A stretch of 64,000 nucleotides of DNA from a bacterium (GCA_043821725.1 JBDRCM010000006.1:38287-102286); one strand, 5' to 3'. Positions 1 through 11,073 are shown, counted from the first letter of the stretch. Made by a program: numbers and translations. Notes: generated from the sequence alone by a model not told the origin.

Positions 1-1343
1 GAACTTGATCCGTTTGAACCCAAAACTTCAGATACAACTCGAATGGCATATGGAAAATCTTCTTCAGGCGGCAATACCGGCTCAATAGCGCGCTCTGCCA
101 AAGCTCCATGGCCTATTGCCCTTCGTCCCGGACCGCGCATAAATCCTGTTTCTCCATATGTGGCAGGAGTGTCATTATAATGATGCATGTATCTTTTAGT
201 TCCTTCTTCTTCCATTGAATCAAGTGTCTGCACGTCACCGGGCGCTCCAAGCGTTACTACTGAAAGCACTTGAGTGTCGCCTCTGCTGAAAAGCGCTGAA
301 CCGTGAGTGCGCGGCAAAAGCGCGATTTCTGAACTAAGATCCCGTATGTCAGTTAAAGAACGGCCGTCCAAACGTTTGTCTTTCTTGATAATCCAATCGG
401 TAATATGCTCTTCAATATATATTTTTATTCTTCCCAAAATATTTTTTTGAACTGTTTCGCTGGTTTCGCGCTCAGCCATCATCTTTACAATTACCGCTGT
501 AAAACGATCAACCATTTCATTGCGCTCTTTCCTCCCTTGCTTTACGCTGTCAAAAATCCAATCATCAACATGAGAAGTAATAAATTCTTTAATCTCCAAT
601 TCAATTTTTTCAAGCTCTAAACCCTGCTCGCTCTTTTCAATGCCAATATCTATCTTTTGTTTGCCAACTTCAGATTGAATTTTATTAATAAAATCCAAAA
701 CCGGTTGAAGTTCGGCAGCTCCAAATTTCATAGCACCCATTACTTCATCTTCGCTAACTTCCATGCATCCTGCCTCCACCATTACAAGCTTCTCCGGAGT
801 GCCAACAATTACAACATCAGTATCGCCTGCCTTTAGTTCTGTAGAAGTAGGATTAATTTTCCATTTGTTTTCCACACGGCCAATACGAGCGCCTGCAATC
901 GGGCCGTTCCAAGGTATATCTGAAATTGCCAGCACCGTTGAAGCGGCTAGTAAAGCGGCTATCTGCGTGTCATTTTCTCCGTCAACTGACAATGCCGTCA
1001 AAATGAGCTGAACATCATTGCGTATTGAATCATCAAACAAAGGTCTTATTGATCTATCAACAAGCCGTCCGCTCAAAATAGCGTCATCGCTCGGCCTGCC
1101 TTCACGCTTGATAAAACGACTCCCTTTTATCTTACCGGCGGCATATAATTTTTCCTCAAAATCAACAGACAGCGGAAAATAATCAATGCCATCACGGGTA
1201 TTCTTGCTCATTACTATTGTTGCTAAAATAACCGTATCGCCCAAGCTTACGGTGCAGGAAGCATTTGCCTGCTTAGCCAGCTTTCCAACTTCCACAGATA
1301 AGGAACGCCCGCTCCAGTCCATGGACCATTTTTTTGTTTCCAT
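1..1343 (-). CDS. pnp: Polyribonucleotide nucleotidyltransferase (PNPase), 3' end outside window
   Basis: Not in ORF track; manual translation from ATG at 1343 gives METKKWSMDWSGRSLSVEVGKLAKQANASC...DYFPLSVDFEEKLYAAGKIKGSRFIKREGRP...RTHGSALFSRGDTQ...RRAIGHG; downstream of rpsO. Confidence 0.96.
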   Translation of the reverse strand, partial: METKKWSMDWSGRSLSVEVGKLAKQANASCTVSLGDTVILATIVMSKNTRDGIDYFPLSVDFEEKLYAAGKIKGSRFIKREGRPSDDAILSGRLVDRSIRPLFDDSIRNDVQLILTALSVDGENDTQIAALLAASTVLAISDIPWNGPIAGARIGRVENKWKINPTSTELKAGDTDVVIVGTPEKLVMVEAGCMEVSEDEVMGAMKFGAAELQPVLDFINKIQSEVGKQKIDIGIEKSEQGLELEKIELEIKEFITSHVDDWIFDSVKQGRKERNEMVDRFTAVIVKMMAERETSETVQKNILGRIKIYIEEHITDWIIKKDKRLDGRSLTDIRDLSSEIALLPRTHGSALFSRGDTQVLSVVTLGAPGDVQTLDSMEEEGTKRYMHHYNDTPATYGETGFMRGPGRRAIGHGALAERAIEPVLPPEEDFPYAIRVVSEVLGSNGSS

Positions 1344-1426
1344 ATTTTTCTCTTATGCTGGCTTGAGAGCTTGAGACCTCAAATCATTTGAAGTCCTTAT
1401 GTCCTCAAACCAACCATTTTAATTAA

Positions 1427-1993
1427 TTAAACTTTTTCACTTTTAATAAGTGATCTGGGTTTTGCCTTAATGAGAAATTTAGCTTTTTCCTGCGATAAAT
1501 CAACAAAATCATCAGCACACTCAATCAATTTTTTTGAAGTTGTGCCTCCAAAAGCCGCAACTTCAACCTGTTTTCCTTGATTGCGCAAATATTCAACTAA
1601 TGGGATATAGTCGCCATCGCCACTCACTAAAATCACAGCATCCAAACTCGGCGACAATCGTATTGCGTCAACAGTAATTCCTACATCCCAGTCAGCTTTT
1701 TTATCGCCTCCGTAAAAAACCTGCAAAGGCCTTTCTTTAGTTTCAATTCCCAAATTGTAAAGTGCGTCAAAAAACGGCTGTTCTTCCTTGGTTTCAGTGC
1801 GCACCACATAAGCTATTGCCCTGATTAATTTTCTTCCTGCTGTGGCTTCTTTTACAATATTGCCAAAATTCACCTTGCTACCAAACAAATTCTTGGCGCT
1901 GTAGTACATATTCTGCACATCAATAAACACCCCTACTCGTTGATCGGGGTGTTTTAAAGGATGCGTTTTTTTATTTAACAATTGGAGTTTCAT
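1427..1993 (-). CDS. NYN domain (LabA/DUF88, PIN-like) protein
   Basis: VFIDVQN, KADWDVGITVD, LVSGDGDYIPL motifs. Confidence 0.9.
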   Translation of the reverse strand: MKLQLLNKKTHPLKHPDQRVGVFIDVQNMYYSAKNLFGSKVNFGNIVKEATAGRKLIRAIAYVVRTETKEEQPFFDALYNLGIETKERPLQVFYGGDKKADWDVGITVDAIRLSPSLDAVILVSGDGDYIPLVEYLRNQGKQVEVAAFGGTTSKKLIECADDFVDLSQEKAKFLIKAKPRSLIKSEKV

Positions 1994-2345
1994 TTCCTTT
2001 TTTATCTTCTACTTTGGCACCAACATTATCACTGCTTGGCGCTGTGACTTCAACGTCTTTTGGCTTGTCAATTGCGCGTGCTTTTTTAAGCTTCAATTTC
2101 TTGATAACATCTTCATAATTTTCAAGACCTTCTTTTTTCAAAAAACGTAGAAGATTACGGCGAGCGTTGACTTTGCGTAAAAGCCCTCGCCTTGATGAAT
2201 GGTCTTTTGGGTGCAATTTCAGATGGTCTATTATTTCCTGTATTTCAGTCGTTAATATGGCGATCTGCACCTGGCTGGAGCCGGTATCGCCTTCATGCGT
2301 CTGATATTTCTTAATAACTTTCTGCTTTTTTTTGACGTCTAACAT
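1971..2345 (-). CDS. rpsO: 30S ribosomal protein S15 with C-terminal extension
   Basis: DTGSSQVQIAILT, HPKDHSSRRGL. Confidence 0.97.
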   Translation of the reverse strand: MLDVKKKQKVIKKYQTHEGDTGSSQVQIAILTTEIQEIIDHLKLHPKDHSSRRGLLRKVNARRNLLRFLKKEGLENYEDVIKKLKLKKARAIDKPKDVEVTAPSSDNVGAKVEDKKGNETPIVK

Positions 2346-2445
2346 ACATGCATAAATTTTATTCGGCTAACCAAGAGCATGTTCCCAGCAGTCGATCTTG
2401 ACTTTGACTATGAATGCCAAAGACAAGTTAATTAAAAGTGGATAA

Positions 2446-2474
2446 ACTATAGCATAAATTCGCTTTTTTGTCAA
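2446..2474 (-). promoter_or_regulatory. sigma70 promoter of rpsO
   Basis: TTGACA-17 nt-TATAGT with extended TG on minus strand, about 100 nt before rpsO. Confidence 0.7.
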
Positions 2475-2511
2475 TACATCAGCATATTTGGATGAATTGT
2501 TTCAGGTATGT

Positions 2512-2889
2512 TTAAGAAGATCCGACAAGCCGGCCAAAAATAAACGAGGATATTGCATAAGCTGAAATCGTGATTATCAGCCCTATAATAGAGGCAGTTA
2601 AAGCTGTTTTTGCCTTTTGCGAGATCTCATCATTGCCTCTGGCAGTCATCCATCGCAATCCGGCATACATCATTATACCAAAAAAGACAATTGCAATAAG
2701 GGAAAGTCCTGAACCCACAATTTTGTTGATGAGCACGTATATATCGCCTGTCTGACTGCTATATCCGGCTTTTGAGGCAGTTACTCCGGCACCAAAATCC
2801 TCAACAGCCAAAACCGAACCTGCACACAAAAAACCCATTGAAATGAACATAACCACAGAAATAATTTTTTTTATCATAAATTTAGCCAA
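2512..2889 (-). CDS. CPR pilin-like (TrbC/VirB2-like) membrane protein
   Basis: Signal peptide then YAGLRWMTARGN..KAK..L..SIIGL pattern typical of CPR pilins. Confidence 0.8.
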   Translation of the reverse strand: MAKFMIKKIISVVMFISMGFLCAGSVLAVEDFGAGVTASKAGYSSQTGDIYVLINKIVGSGLSLIAIVFFGIMMYAGLRWMTARGNDEISQKAKTALTASIIGLIITISAYAISSFIFGRLVGSS

Positions 2890-3061
2890 ATTCGGAATTA
2901 ATGCCTGTTTATTATATCACATCTTGATTTTATATTCAAAATATGTTAACATTGTGAGCGTAAAATATTTTTCAGAGGAAAAAAACCGGCAAGAACTGTG
3001 CCGTAAAGTAATACACAGTAACTGCTTTCTGCTCATGCTGTTTCCTCTTAACTCACACAAT

Positions 3062-3133
3062 GGCCCTGTAGTTAAATGGATATAACAGCAGCCTTCTAAG
3101 CTGTGGTTCTAGGTTCGATTCCTAGCGGGGCCA
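3062..3133 (+). tRNA. tRNA-Arg(TCT)
   Basis: Cloverleaf; anticodon arm GCAGC-CT TCT AA-GCTGT; T-loop GGTTCGATTCC. Confidence 0.95.
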
Positions 3134-3180
3134 CTGGAACAAGATTTAATGATTTGAATTTAAAAAAGGTAAAAAATGAT

Positions 3181-3253
3181 GGTGGCTATGGTATAATGGT
3201 TATTACATCGGTTTGTGGTACCGATAATACGGGTTCAATTCCCGTTAGCCACC
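3181..3253 (+). tRNA. tRNA-His(GTG)
   Basis: Encoded G-1; acceptor GTGGCTA/TAGCCAC; anticodon arm TCGGT-TT GTG GT-ACCGA. Confidence 0.95.
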
Positions 3254-3326
3254 CTAACAGGAATACTTTTTAAAAATATGGATAACTACCATTGACAAAC
3301 CATATGATTTGTCATATAATATATTC

Positions 3327-3617
3327 ATGAAATACTTTGATTGGGATAATAAAAAAAATGATAAATTGAAAACAGAACGCGGCATCTGTTTTGAAGAAAT
3401 ACTAATAGCCATTGAGGAGTGTGAGATTTTAGATATAGTTGAACATAAAAACAAAAAACGATATCCTAATCAAAAAATGTTTATTATAAAAATAGATGGG
3501 TATGCTTACTTAATTCCATTTGCAGAAGATGAACAAAAAATATTTTTAAAAACAATTATCCCTAGCCGTCAGGCAACAAAAAAATATTTATTTCAAACAA
3601 AAACTATCAAAAAATAA
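3327..3617 (+). CDS. BrnT-like type II toxin
   Basis: FDWDNKKN..LK.ERGICFEE...HKN..RYPNQ...LKTIIPSR; ATG at 3327 preferred. Confidence 0.85.
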   Translation: MKYFDWDNKKNDKLKTERGICFEEILIAIEECEILDIVEHKNKKRYPNQKMFIIKIDGYAYLIPFAEDEQKIFLKTIIPSRQATKKYLFQTKTIKK

Positions 3618-3618
3618 T

Positions 3619-3897
3619 ATGAAATATCTAATATTAGACAAGGGAGAAGAAAAAACAATAGATGATTTTGAAAAAAATGATTTTGTTAGTATTGTTAATT
3701 TAAAATCTTCCAAAACACAATATAAAAAATATGCTCAAAATACTTTGAATAAAAGTAAAAACATTAATCTTAGATTGAGTGAAAAAGATCTTCAAAGAGT
3801 TAAGACAAAAGCAATTAAAAACGGCATCCCCTATCAAACGCTTTTATCAACTCTTATACATCAATACGCTGATGATGTTGTTAGTATAAAAATATAA
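3619..3897 (+). CDS. BrnA/CopG-like RHH antitoxin
   Basis: K.INLRLS..DL..VK.KA...GIPYQTL; starts 1 nt after the toxin stop. Confidence 0.85.
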   Translation: MKYLILDKGEEKTIDDFEKNDFVSIVNLKSSKTQYKKYAQNTLNKSKNINLRLSEKDLQRVKTKAIKNGIPYQTLLSTLIHQYADDVVSIKI

Positions 3898-3937
3898 TTG
3901 GTTAATCAATTATACTTCAAAAACTTAATTTTATTCC

Positions 3938-4037
3938 CAAACAAATCCTCCTTGGCACCCAAAATGAAACGCTAGCTCGCAGACATTATGCCTTTTGACC
4001 TGATACTCTGTGCTCTTGGCACAGGGAGGGGTTCATT
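3938..4037 (-). repeat. Family B repeat (ATGAACCCCTC-headed, IS200/IS605-like non-autonomous element)
   Basis: 3977-4037 is the near-exact reverse complement of 50270-50330; left boundary uncertain. Confidence 0.7.
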
Positions 4038-4095
4038 TAATAAAGATTTAATAATCATATAATTGAATTAAATCTCTAATTCCAATAAAAAATAT

Positions 4096-4330
4096 ATGTC
4101 AGAGATCAGAATACCGGGAAATTTTGATACGGAAAAGTCACAATACGCAGGTCAAGACCCTGAATATAAAAATAATAGTGTCATGCGGACAACTGACAAC
4201 AAAACGGTGTCATACAATATTTAAAAGATAAAGGCCTTTATGTTGTAATGGACGTGGATGAACCTGGCGTAAAAAGTTGTGCGTATAAAATTCATCCGGA
4301 TAAACTTATAAAAATGGAAGGAAAAAAATA
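4096..4330 (+). pseudogene. Possible frameshifted small gene remnant
   Basis: 42-codon ORF MSEIRIPG... overlaps a second open frame (..NGVIQYLKDKGLYVVMDVDEPG..MEGKK*). Confidence 0.3.
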
Positions 4331-4431
4331 AATCTTTTGAATTAAAAATTTTTTAATAAATATCATTAAGTCGCAAGACCTGCTCTTCCGGCCGTGTCAT
4401 AATGTTAGCCCATCAACTAAAAACATTTAAC

Positions 4432-4463
4432 AAAAAACATTCCGCTGTAAAACGGAATGTTTT
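4432..4463. terminator. Intrinsic terminator (LamG gene, bidirectional)
   Basis: AAAACATTCCG-loop-CGGAATGTTTT. Confidence 0.75.
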
Positions 4464-4475
4464 GGTTTGTTTCAA

Positions 4476-6277
4476 TTATTCCACTGTTATTACCTGGCCG
4501 TATGTAGTAGTCGGAGGTGCGGTTATAGTTTCAAGTGAAGCATTTCCAAATGCATTAACACCATTTTGAGGAATATAAGTGTATATGACAGCGGGAATTA
4601 GTTGGGCATTAATATCAGAAAAAACTCCAAGTGTGAGAGTATGCCCTTGCGGAATTAAATAATTAAGATTATTAAAAATAACTTCATTATGAAGAGGAAA
4701 CATTGTATGACCGATCTGTGTGCCGGTATTTTCATCTTTCAACATTAAAAAGCTAGTCTTGCTATAATCATTTATATTAATTTGTATGGAAGATATAATT
4801 ACATTTTCAATTGGTGCAGCAGTTAATTCATATTTCCCTATTAATACATTGGATGTTGGCGTAATATAATGTGCGCCATTAAATGAAGTGTCTTTTTTTA
4901 CATATAGCTCTCCTTTACTTACCACCGTGCCAGAAATATACCTGTTATATACTTCAGCATCGCTTAGGGCTTTGTTGTAAATCAATACCTCATCAATGGC
5001 ACCCATAAAGTGATAATTAATGCCATGCTTACCAATGGTAAGAGGCAAATCATTATCTTTAATAAGTCCACTGTGCGCTTTAGTTGCCTTTAACTGACCA
5101 TTGGCATATATCTTTATGAAAGCGCCATCATAAGTCATTACAATATGATTCCAAACATTTGCACTTACTGAAGATTTTGCATTTATAGTTGCTCTTGTGT
5201 TGCTTGCGTTTATTATGCCTCCGCGCAAAATTCCGCTTTTGGTAATAGTAAGCTCATAAGCCAAATTTTTTGACACAATTACTTGATATTCGGATAATGG
5301 TGATGTTGATGCCATTGGCTTAACCCATGCCTCAACTGAAACGGCATTTATCGGGCTCAAGCTGACTGAATCTTGCACGCTGATAAAATCATCAACCCCA
5401 TCAAAATGAGCTGCTTGATTATTTTTTTACCAATATAATATGGCGCAGCACATTGTCCTATTGCGCAACTGCCATGATTTCCATTAAAAGAAAGATCTTT
5501 ATAACTCACAGTGCTTGAAGCCATATCAAGTGGCATATATAGCAAACGATCCCCCAAATTTGCACGGTAATATGATTCAATTTCTTGAGCGCTTAAAGCT
5601 TTATTGCGAATTCTTAATTCATCAATTGAGCCATGATAATAATAACTGTTTGAAACCTGGCCAATTGTTAAAGGAAAACTATTTGTTCTGATATTGCCAT
5701 TTTGTGATTTGCTCACTGCCAATGCACCATTTACATACCCTTTAACATTAGTTCCATCATAAGTAAGCGCAATATGATTCCAAGCGCCTTTTTTTACAAT
5801 TCCAGGATTTGAATTTGTAACAACGCGAACATTCTGACTATTGATAATCCCAACGCGCAATCTACCGTCCACACTGATTGATAATTCATAATTATACTGT
5901 TTTGTCGCTATAACTTCATAATAATGATTATTGTTTGTTGAAACAGGGTAAATCCATGCTTCCACTGTTATTGCTTGCGTTGGATTTAAACTTGCACTAT
6001 TTGATACTGAAGCATAATCATCATTTCCATCAAAATAACGAGCCATGCCAAATCTTCCTAAAAATATATTAGGACAATTTGTTCCAGCACACGTTGCGTT
6101 ATTTCCACTAGGTGAAGCGTCAAAAAATGTTGTTGCCGAACTTGGCTCGTCAAAAAGCAATTCCATAATTACATCAGCAGGCGGAGCCGCATTTACTGTT
6201 GCTGTATTTATAGGAAACAAAACCGATAACGTTGCAACTTGCAACACTGCCATGATTGATATGAATAATTTTTTCAT
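4476..6277 (-). CDS. Secreted protein with two LamG-like jellyroll domains, split by a frameshift at an A7 tract (5422-5428)
   Basis: ORFs 5357-6277 and 4476-5378 join when one A is added: ..YYIGKK-NNQAAHFDGVDDFISVQDS..; two TVEAW..W.HI..TYDG..G.IDE domains; signal peptide. Confidence 0.85.
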
Positions 6278-6433
6278 ATTCGTTATTTAATGAATGAATA
6301 AAAATATATTGGTAGTAAAGCACAGATGAGAATAGAGGTCAATATACCAACGCGCCTTAATATTAAAAAATAATAGATGCAAATAATCGCAAACAGTCGA
6401 AAATTTTAGTATTCAATAGTTGTCACTTTAAAA

Positions 6434-6595
6434 GGGTCCGTCACCAAATACCATTTCTACTGTAATTAATAAATTATGGCCAAAATCGTTTCAAAATTTC
6501 TCGGCTTATCTTACAGATAGGGCTCAAAATTTGTTCAACAATTTTGTCTCATAATTTATCAATTTCGCTACGAAAGCGCATTTGGCGACAGACCC
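6434..6595 (-). mobile_element. Family A MITE copy 1 (162 bp)
   Basis: 16-bp TIR GGGTCTGTCGCCAAAT; TSD TAAAA (6429-6433 / 6596-6600). Confidence 0.9.
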
Positions 6596-6740
6596 TAAAA
6601 AGAAAAAACGCTTGAATTATTGCGTTTTTTCGTATTTTTTTGAAAAAAAATGATGAGGGCCCCCTGTATTAGAGATGATATAGGGAGCCAACATCTTCCC
6701 TATACAGGGGGTATTTTATTTTCTGCCAGCACAGCGCATC

Positions 6741-6932
6741 CTAGTAGAGTAGTCCTGCGCGTTTTCCGGTGGGACGAGCCGTTATTTCACAGACGTCTTC
6801 CAAGCTCTGCACGCCAGAAGAGCTGTAAAACCACCACGGTGCACCTTGACTCTCCTTCCTGTTGTCAGGACTTCTTCTCGGGGTACTTTCTCTTCCTCCT
6901 CGACTTCCTGTTTTTTTGTATTTCTTTGCCAC
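6741..6932 (-). CDS. Small basic ORFan (63 aa) with SD
   Basis: GGGAG 8 nt before GTG; promoter TTGACA-17-TAAAAT at 7247-7219; hairpin and U-tract downstream. Confidence 0.55.
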   Translation of the reverse strand: MAKKYKKTGSRGGRESTPRRSPDNRKESQGAPWWFYSSSGVQSLEDVCEITARPTGKRAGLLY

Positions 6933-6967
6933 TGTCTGAGCTCCCTTTTTTCCGATTGAGGTTAACA

Positions 6968-7202
6968 GGATCTGTCACCAAATACCATTTCTACTGCAAT
7001 TCATAAATTATAGCCAAAATCGTTTCAAAATTTCTTGGCTTATCTTACAGATAGGCCTCAAAATTTTTTATCAAGCGAAGCGAGAGAAAAGAAAAATGAT
7101 AATTTTTCTTTTCCGAGCGAGCGAAGATAACTATGGAATTATCAACGATTTTGTCTCATAATATATTAATTTCGTTGCGAAAGCGCATTTGGCGACAGAC
7201 CC
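6968..7202 (-). mobile_element. Family A MITE copy 2 (235 bp)
   Basis: TIRs as copy 1; TSD TAACA; internal hairpin module. Confidence 0.92.
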
Positions 7203-7383
7203 TAACAGGATTTATAATATTTTACACTTAAAACACTAAAATGTCAACAGTAATAAACCCGACATTGCAACAAGCCACCCCACATTTATGCTTGCACACC
7301 AGGCAAAAATATGCTAAAATATACTCATTCATAAACTTGTCAGATCCAAATATTTATTCATTTTTAGCAAAAAATTTACTTAT

Positions 7384-7998
7384 ATGCACATAAGCTGGCT
7401 CGGACAAACATGCGTAAAAATACAGACAAAAAATATCAATGTTGACTCTACTATTGTTATAAATGCGTATAAACCAAAAAAAGGATCTTTTCCCCGCTAT
7501 TTCAGCCCTGAAATCGCTCTGTTTTCATCAGGAATGGATAATACTGCCACTTTATCGCAAAATCCTTTTGTCATCAGTACATTAGGCGAATTTGAAATGC
7601 AAGGCATTGTGATATATTCTCTTCCGGACGATGAAAATAATCGAATTTTTAAACTGGTCAGTGAGGGAATGACCATTGTCCATCTTGGCAAATTAAACAA
7701 AAATATAGAAAACAGCCGATTGGAAAAAATAATGAATCCTGATATTTTATTCATTCCGGTTGGAGGAAGGCCGAATTATTTGGAAAGAAAAATGGCTGCC
7801 TCTTTGGCAACGGCAATTGAACCGCGCATAATTATTCCTATTGGATTCAAATGCGACACAGATCCAGACTCCAAGCCGATTTCAATGTTTGTTGATGAAG
7901 CAGGCCTTAAGCCGGAAAATCAAACCAAAAAAATTATTATCAAAAAAAAGGACTTGCCTGCGGATGAAACCAAATTGATAGTTCTGGACAAGGAGTAA
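7384..7998 (+). CDS. MBL-fold (Lactamase_B_3-like) protein with degenerate metal site
   Basis: ISWLGQTC, GEFEMQG, HLGKL, DILFIPVGG, IEPRIIIP; no HxHxDH. Confidence 0.75.
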   Translation: MHISWLGQTCVKIQTKNINVDSTIVINAYKPKKGSFPRYFSPEIALFSSGMDNTATLSQNPFVISTLGEFEMQGIVIYSLPDDENNRIFKLVSEGMTIVHLGKLNKNIENSRLEKIMNPDILFIPVGGRPNYLERKMAASLATAIEPRIIIPIGFKCDTDPDSKPISMFVDEAGLKPENQTKKIIIKKKDLPADETKLIVLDKE

Positions 7999-8018
7999 AA
8001 AGAACAAAGGAATTAAAT

Positions 8019-8462
8019 ATGAATAAACCGCGGAAAAAAAATAAACATAAATTAACCATCAGGCCGGAAAATCCAAGAGCCAAAGCATTGATGTGGATCA
8101 GCGTTATTCTTTTTACGTGCGTAATTACCATCTTGTGGGCATGGTCAGCCAAAATTCAGCTGTCCGGAGTTGATCTGTCTATCAGCCAAGAAAGCGAAAT
8201 TTTAAGAAACACGCAAGCGCAATGGGAAAAAATATTTGCTGAAAATGACGTAACTCTGCCTTCTTCGCCAACATCTTCGGCCATTACAGCACCAACTTCA
8301 TCCGCTATAGAATTAATTGAATTGGAAAAAAGTTTGCGCGACTTATTTGGAAAAATGAATTCAACCACTACTGCCAGCACAACCACAAACTTTGGATCCT
8401 TAACCAAGATAACGTCAACGACAACAACCAATACTTTGAAGGCATCAACTTCATCACAATAA
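8019..8462 (+). CDS. Hypothetical single-TM protein with Ser/Thr-rich tail
   Basis: Basic N-terminus, one TM helix, low-complexity S/T C-terminus. Confidence 0.7.
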   Translation: MNKPRKKNKHKLTIRPENPRAKALMWISVILFTCVITILWAWSAKIQLSGVDLSISQESEILRNTQAQWEKIFAENDVTLPSSPTSSAITAPTSSAIELIELEKSLRDLFGKMNSTTTASTTTNFGSLTKITSTTTTNTLKASTSSQ

Positions 8463-8494
8463 GTTTTCAATATTGAAAAAGTAAATTATTATTT

Positions 8495-10981
8495 ATGCTC
8501 AAGAAAATCATTAAAAACAAGGAAGCAAAAATGTCAGATCTGAATACAACAGGCGAAACCAACATTTCAATTGTTGATGAAATGAGAAAATCATATTTGG
8601 AATACGCCTTGAGCGTAATTGTTTCGCGCGCCTTGCCTGACGTAAGAGACGGCCTCAAGCCGGTGCACAGGCGCATACTGTATGCCATGTGGAATATCGG
8701 ATTAAGGCACAACGCAAAATTCAGAAAATCAGCCCATGTGGTTGGAGAAGTGATGGCAAAATACCATCCGCACGGAGATGCCGCCATATATGATTCATTA
8801 GTAAGAATGGCACAATATTTTTCAATGCGAGAACCGCTTATCCACGGCCAAGGAAATTTCGGATCAATGGATGGCGACCCTGCGGCGGCCATGCGATATA
8901 CTGAAACTAAATTAAGAACAGCGGCCGAAGAGATGCTTTTTGACATTGAAAAAGACACTGTTGACTTCAGGCCCAATTATGACGGCTCTCACAATGAACC
9001 GGCTGTACTGCCTGCAAAAATACCCAACCTTTTGCTCAATGGAACTACCGGAATAGCTGTGGGCATGGCCACTTCAATTCCTCCCCACAATCTAATTGAA
9101 TTGTGCCAAGGAGTAGTTAAGATTATTGACAAGCCAAACTGTTCAATTGATGAACTCACTGAAATAATTAAAGGCCCTGACTTTCCTACAGGTGGCATAA
9201 TATATAATAAAAAAGATATGCTGGCCGCTTTTGCCACAGGCAAAGGCGGAATTGTAGTGCGCGCAAAAACAAACATTGAAGAATTAAAAGATTCAAAATA
9301 CCGAATTATTATCAGTGAAATTCCATACATGGTGAATAAAGCAACGCTTATCGGCAAAATTGCGACCTTAGTTCAAGAAAAAAAGATAGAAGGGATAAAA
9401 GATTTGCGGGACGAATCAAATAAAGACGGCGTAAGAATTGTTATTGAACTTAAAAAGGACTCATATCCTAAAAAAATACTAAACCGGCTATTCCAATTAA
9501 CAGACCTGCAGACAACCTTTCATTACAATATGCTTGCTTTGGTTGATGAATGCCGCCAGCCGCGAATACTCAACTTGAAAACCGTGCTTGAAGAATTTAT
9601 CAAACATAGGCAGATTATAATAAAAAGACGCACAACATTTGATTTGTTAAAAGCCAAAGAGCGAGCTCACATACTTGAGGGCTTGAAAAAAGCATTGGAT
9701 AATATCAATAAAGTAATTAAAATAATTCAGCAGTCAAAAGACAAAGAGGAAGCTAAAGTAAACTTAATTAAACAATTCAAATTTTCCGACAAGCAGACAA
9801 CAGCCATTTTGGAAATGAAACTGCAGCAGCTTGCCAACATGGAGCGCAAAAAAATATTGGACGAACTTAGGGAAAAAATGATTCTGATAAAGGGTCTTGA
9901 ATCAATTCTTGCTTCTCAAAAAAAGATGATGAACATCATCAGGGCTGAAACAATTGAAATTGAAAAAAAGTATGGAAATCCAAGGCGGACGGAAATAATA
10001 ACGCGCGGAGTCAAGGACTTTAAAATGGAGGATCTTGTGCCAAATGAAGGAACAATAATTATGGTAACTGTGGATGGCTACATTAAACGTCTGCCAATTG
10101 ATACTTTCAAACAGCAGTTGCGCGGTGGCAAGGGCGTGATAGGACTCACTACCAAAGAAGAAGATAGCATAGACATGTTGCAAGCCACTAATACGCATGA
10201 CAATATTCTTTTCTTGACCAACCGAGGCCGTGTTTTCCAAATGATGGCATATGACATTCCTCAAAGTACGCGAACATCCAAAGGCCAAGCGCTTGTTAAT
10301 TTCCTATTGCTTGCTCCAAATGAGAAGGTAACTGCTATGATTGCCATGAGCGACATTTCCAATTCAAAATACCTTGTAATGGTAACTCAAAAAGGGATTA
10401 TCAAAAAAAGCGCCATTGAAGATTTCGCAAATGTGCGCAAGAGCGGTCTTATAGCTGTAAAACTCAAAAGTGAAGACAACCTTGAATGGGTAAAGCCATC
10501 GTGCGGAAAGGATGAAATAATTATTGCCACTAAAAAAGGGCAGGCAATAAGATTTCGGGAAAAAGACATACGCGCCATGGGTCGGACCGCAGCAGGAGTA
10601 AGAGGAATACGTCTAAAGGCAAATGATGAAGTTATTTGCATGGATGTGGTTGATCCGAAAAATAAAAATCTTGAACTTTTTACAATTTCTGAAAATGGAT
10701 TGGGCAAACGAACTCCACTTTCTCAATACAGGATTCAAGGCAGGGGAGGCAGTGGAATCAAGAGCTCAACAATTAGCGCAAAGACAGGGAATCTTGCCGC
10801 ATCCCGCGTATGCGACCATATGGAAAACAAAGATAGTGATCTTATGGTTATGTCCAACAAAGGACAGGTTATACGCCTGCCTTATAAGGCAATAAGCGTT
10901 TCAAGCCGAGCCACACAAGGAGTACGGCTTATGCGATTTAAAGCTGAAGGCGATAAAGTTACAACCGTCACAATACTTTAA
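8495..10981 (+). CDS. gyrA: DNA gyrase subunit A (start possibly 8531)
   Basis: [28 protein letters not shown], GyrA-box QLRGGKG, pinwheel repeats. Confidence 0.98.
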   Translation: MLKKIIKNKEAKMSDLNTTGETNISIVDEMRKSYLEYALSVIVSRALPDVRDGLKPVHRRILYAMWNIGLRHNAKFRKSAHVVGEVMAKYHPHGDAAIYDSLVRMAQYFSMREPLIHGQGNFGSMDGDPAAAMRYTETKLRTAAEEMLFDIEKDTVDFRPNYDGSHNEPAVLPAKIPNLLLNGTTGIAVGMATSIPPHNLIELCQGVVKIIDKPNCSIDELTEIIKGPDFPTGGIIYNKKDMLAAFATGKGGIVVRAKTNIEELKDSKYRIIISEIPYMVNKATLIGKIATLVQEKKIEGIKDLRDESNKDGVRIVIELKKDSYPKKILNRLFQLTDLQTTFHYNMLALVDECRQPRILNLKTVLEEFIKHRQIIIKRRTTFDLLKAKERAHILEGLKKALDNINKVIKIIQQSKDKEEAKVNLIKQFKFSDKQTTAILEMKLQQLANMERKKILDELREKMILIKGLESILASQKKMMNIIRAETIEIEKKYGNPRRTEIITRGVKDFKMEDLVPNEGTIIMVTVDGYIKRLPIDTFKQQLRGGKGVIGLTTKEEDSIDMLQATNTHDNILFLTNRGRVFQMMAYDIPQSTRTSKGQALVNFLLLAPNEKVTAMIAMSDISNSKYLVMVTQKGIIKKSAIEDFANVRKSGLIAVKLKSEDNLEWVKPSCGKDEIIIATKKGQAIRFREKDIRAMGRTAAGVRGIRLKANDEVICMDVVDPKNKNLELFTISENGLGKRTPLSQYRIQGRGGSGIKSSTISAKTGNLAASRVCDHMENKDSDLMVMSNKGQVIRLPYKAISVSSRATQGVRLMRFKAEGDKVTTVTIL

Positions 10982-11005
10982 AACACAACATTAAAAAATG
11001 TTATT

Positions 11006-11035
11006 AAAAACCCCGATTTCGCAATCGGGGTTTTT
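11006..11035. terminator. Bidirectional terminator between gyrA and ftsH
   Basis: AAAAACCCCGATT-TCGC-AATCGGGGTTTTT. Confidence 0.9.
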
Positions 11036-11073
11036 AATTAGTATGTATGTTCCAAATCTTTTTTTGCTCTGCA

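Noticed and set aside
6434-7202. Composite transposon carrying the 63-aa ORFan
   Set aside because: Each MITE has its own TSD (TAAAA vs TAACA), so they inserted independently
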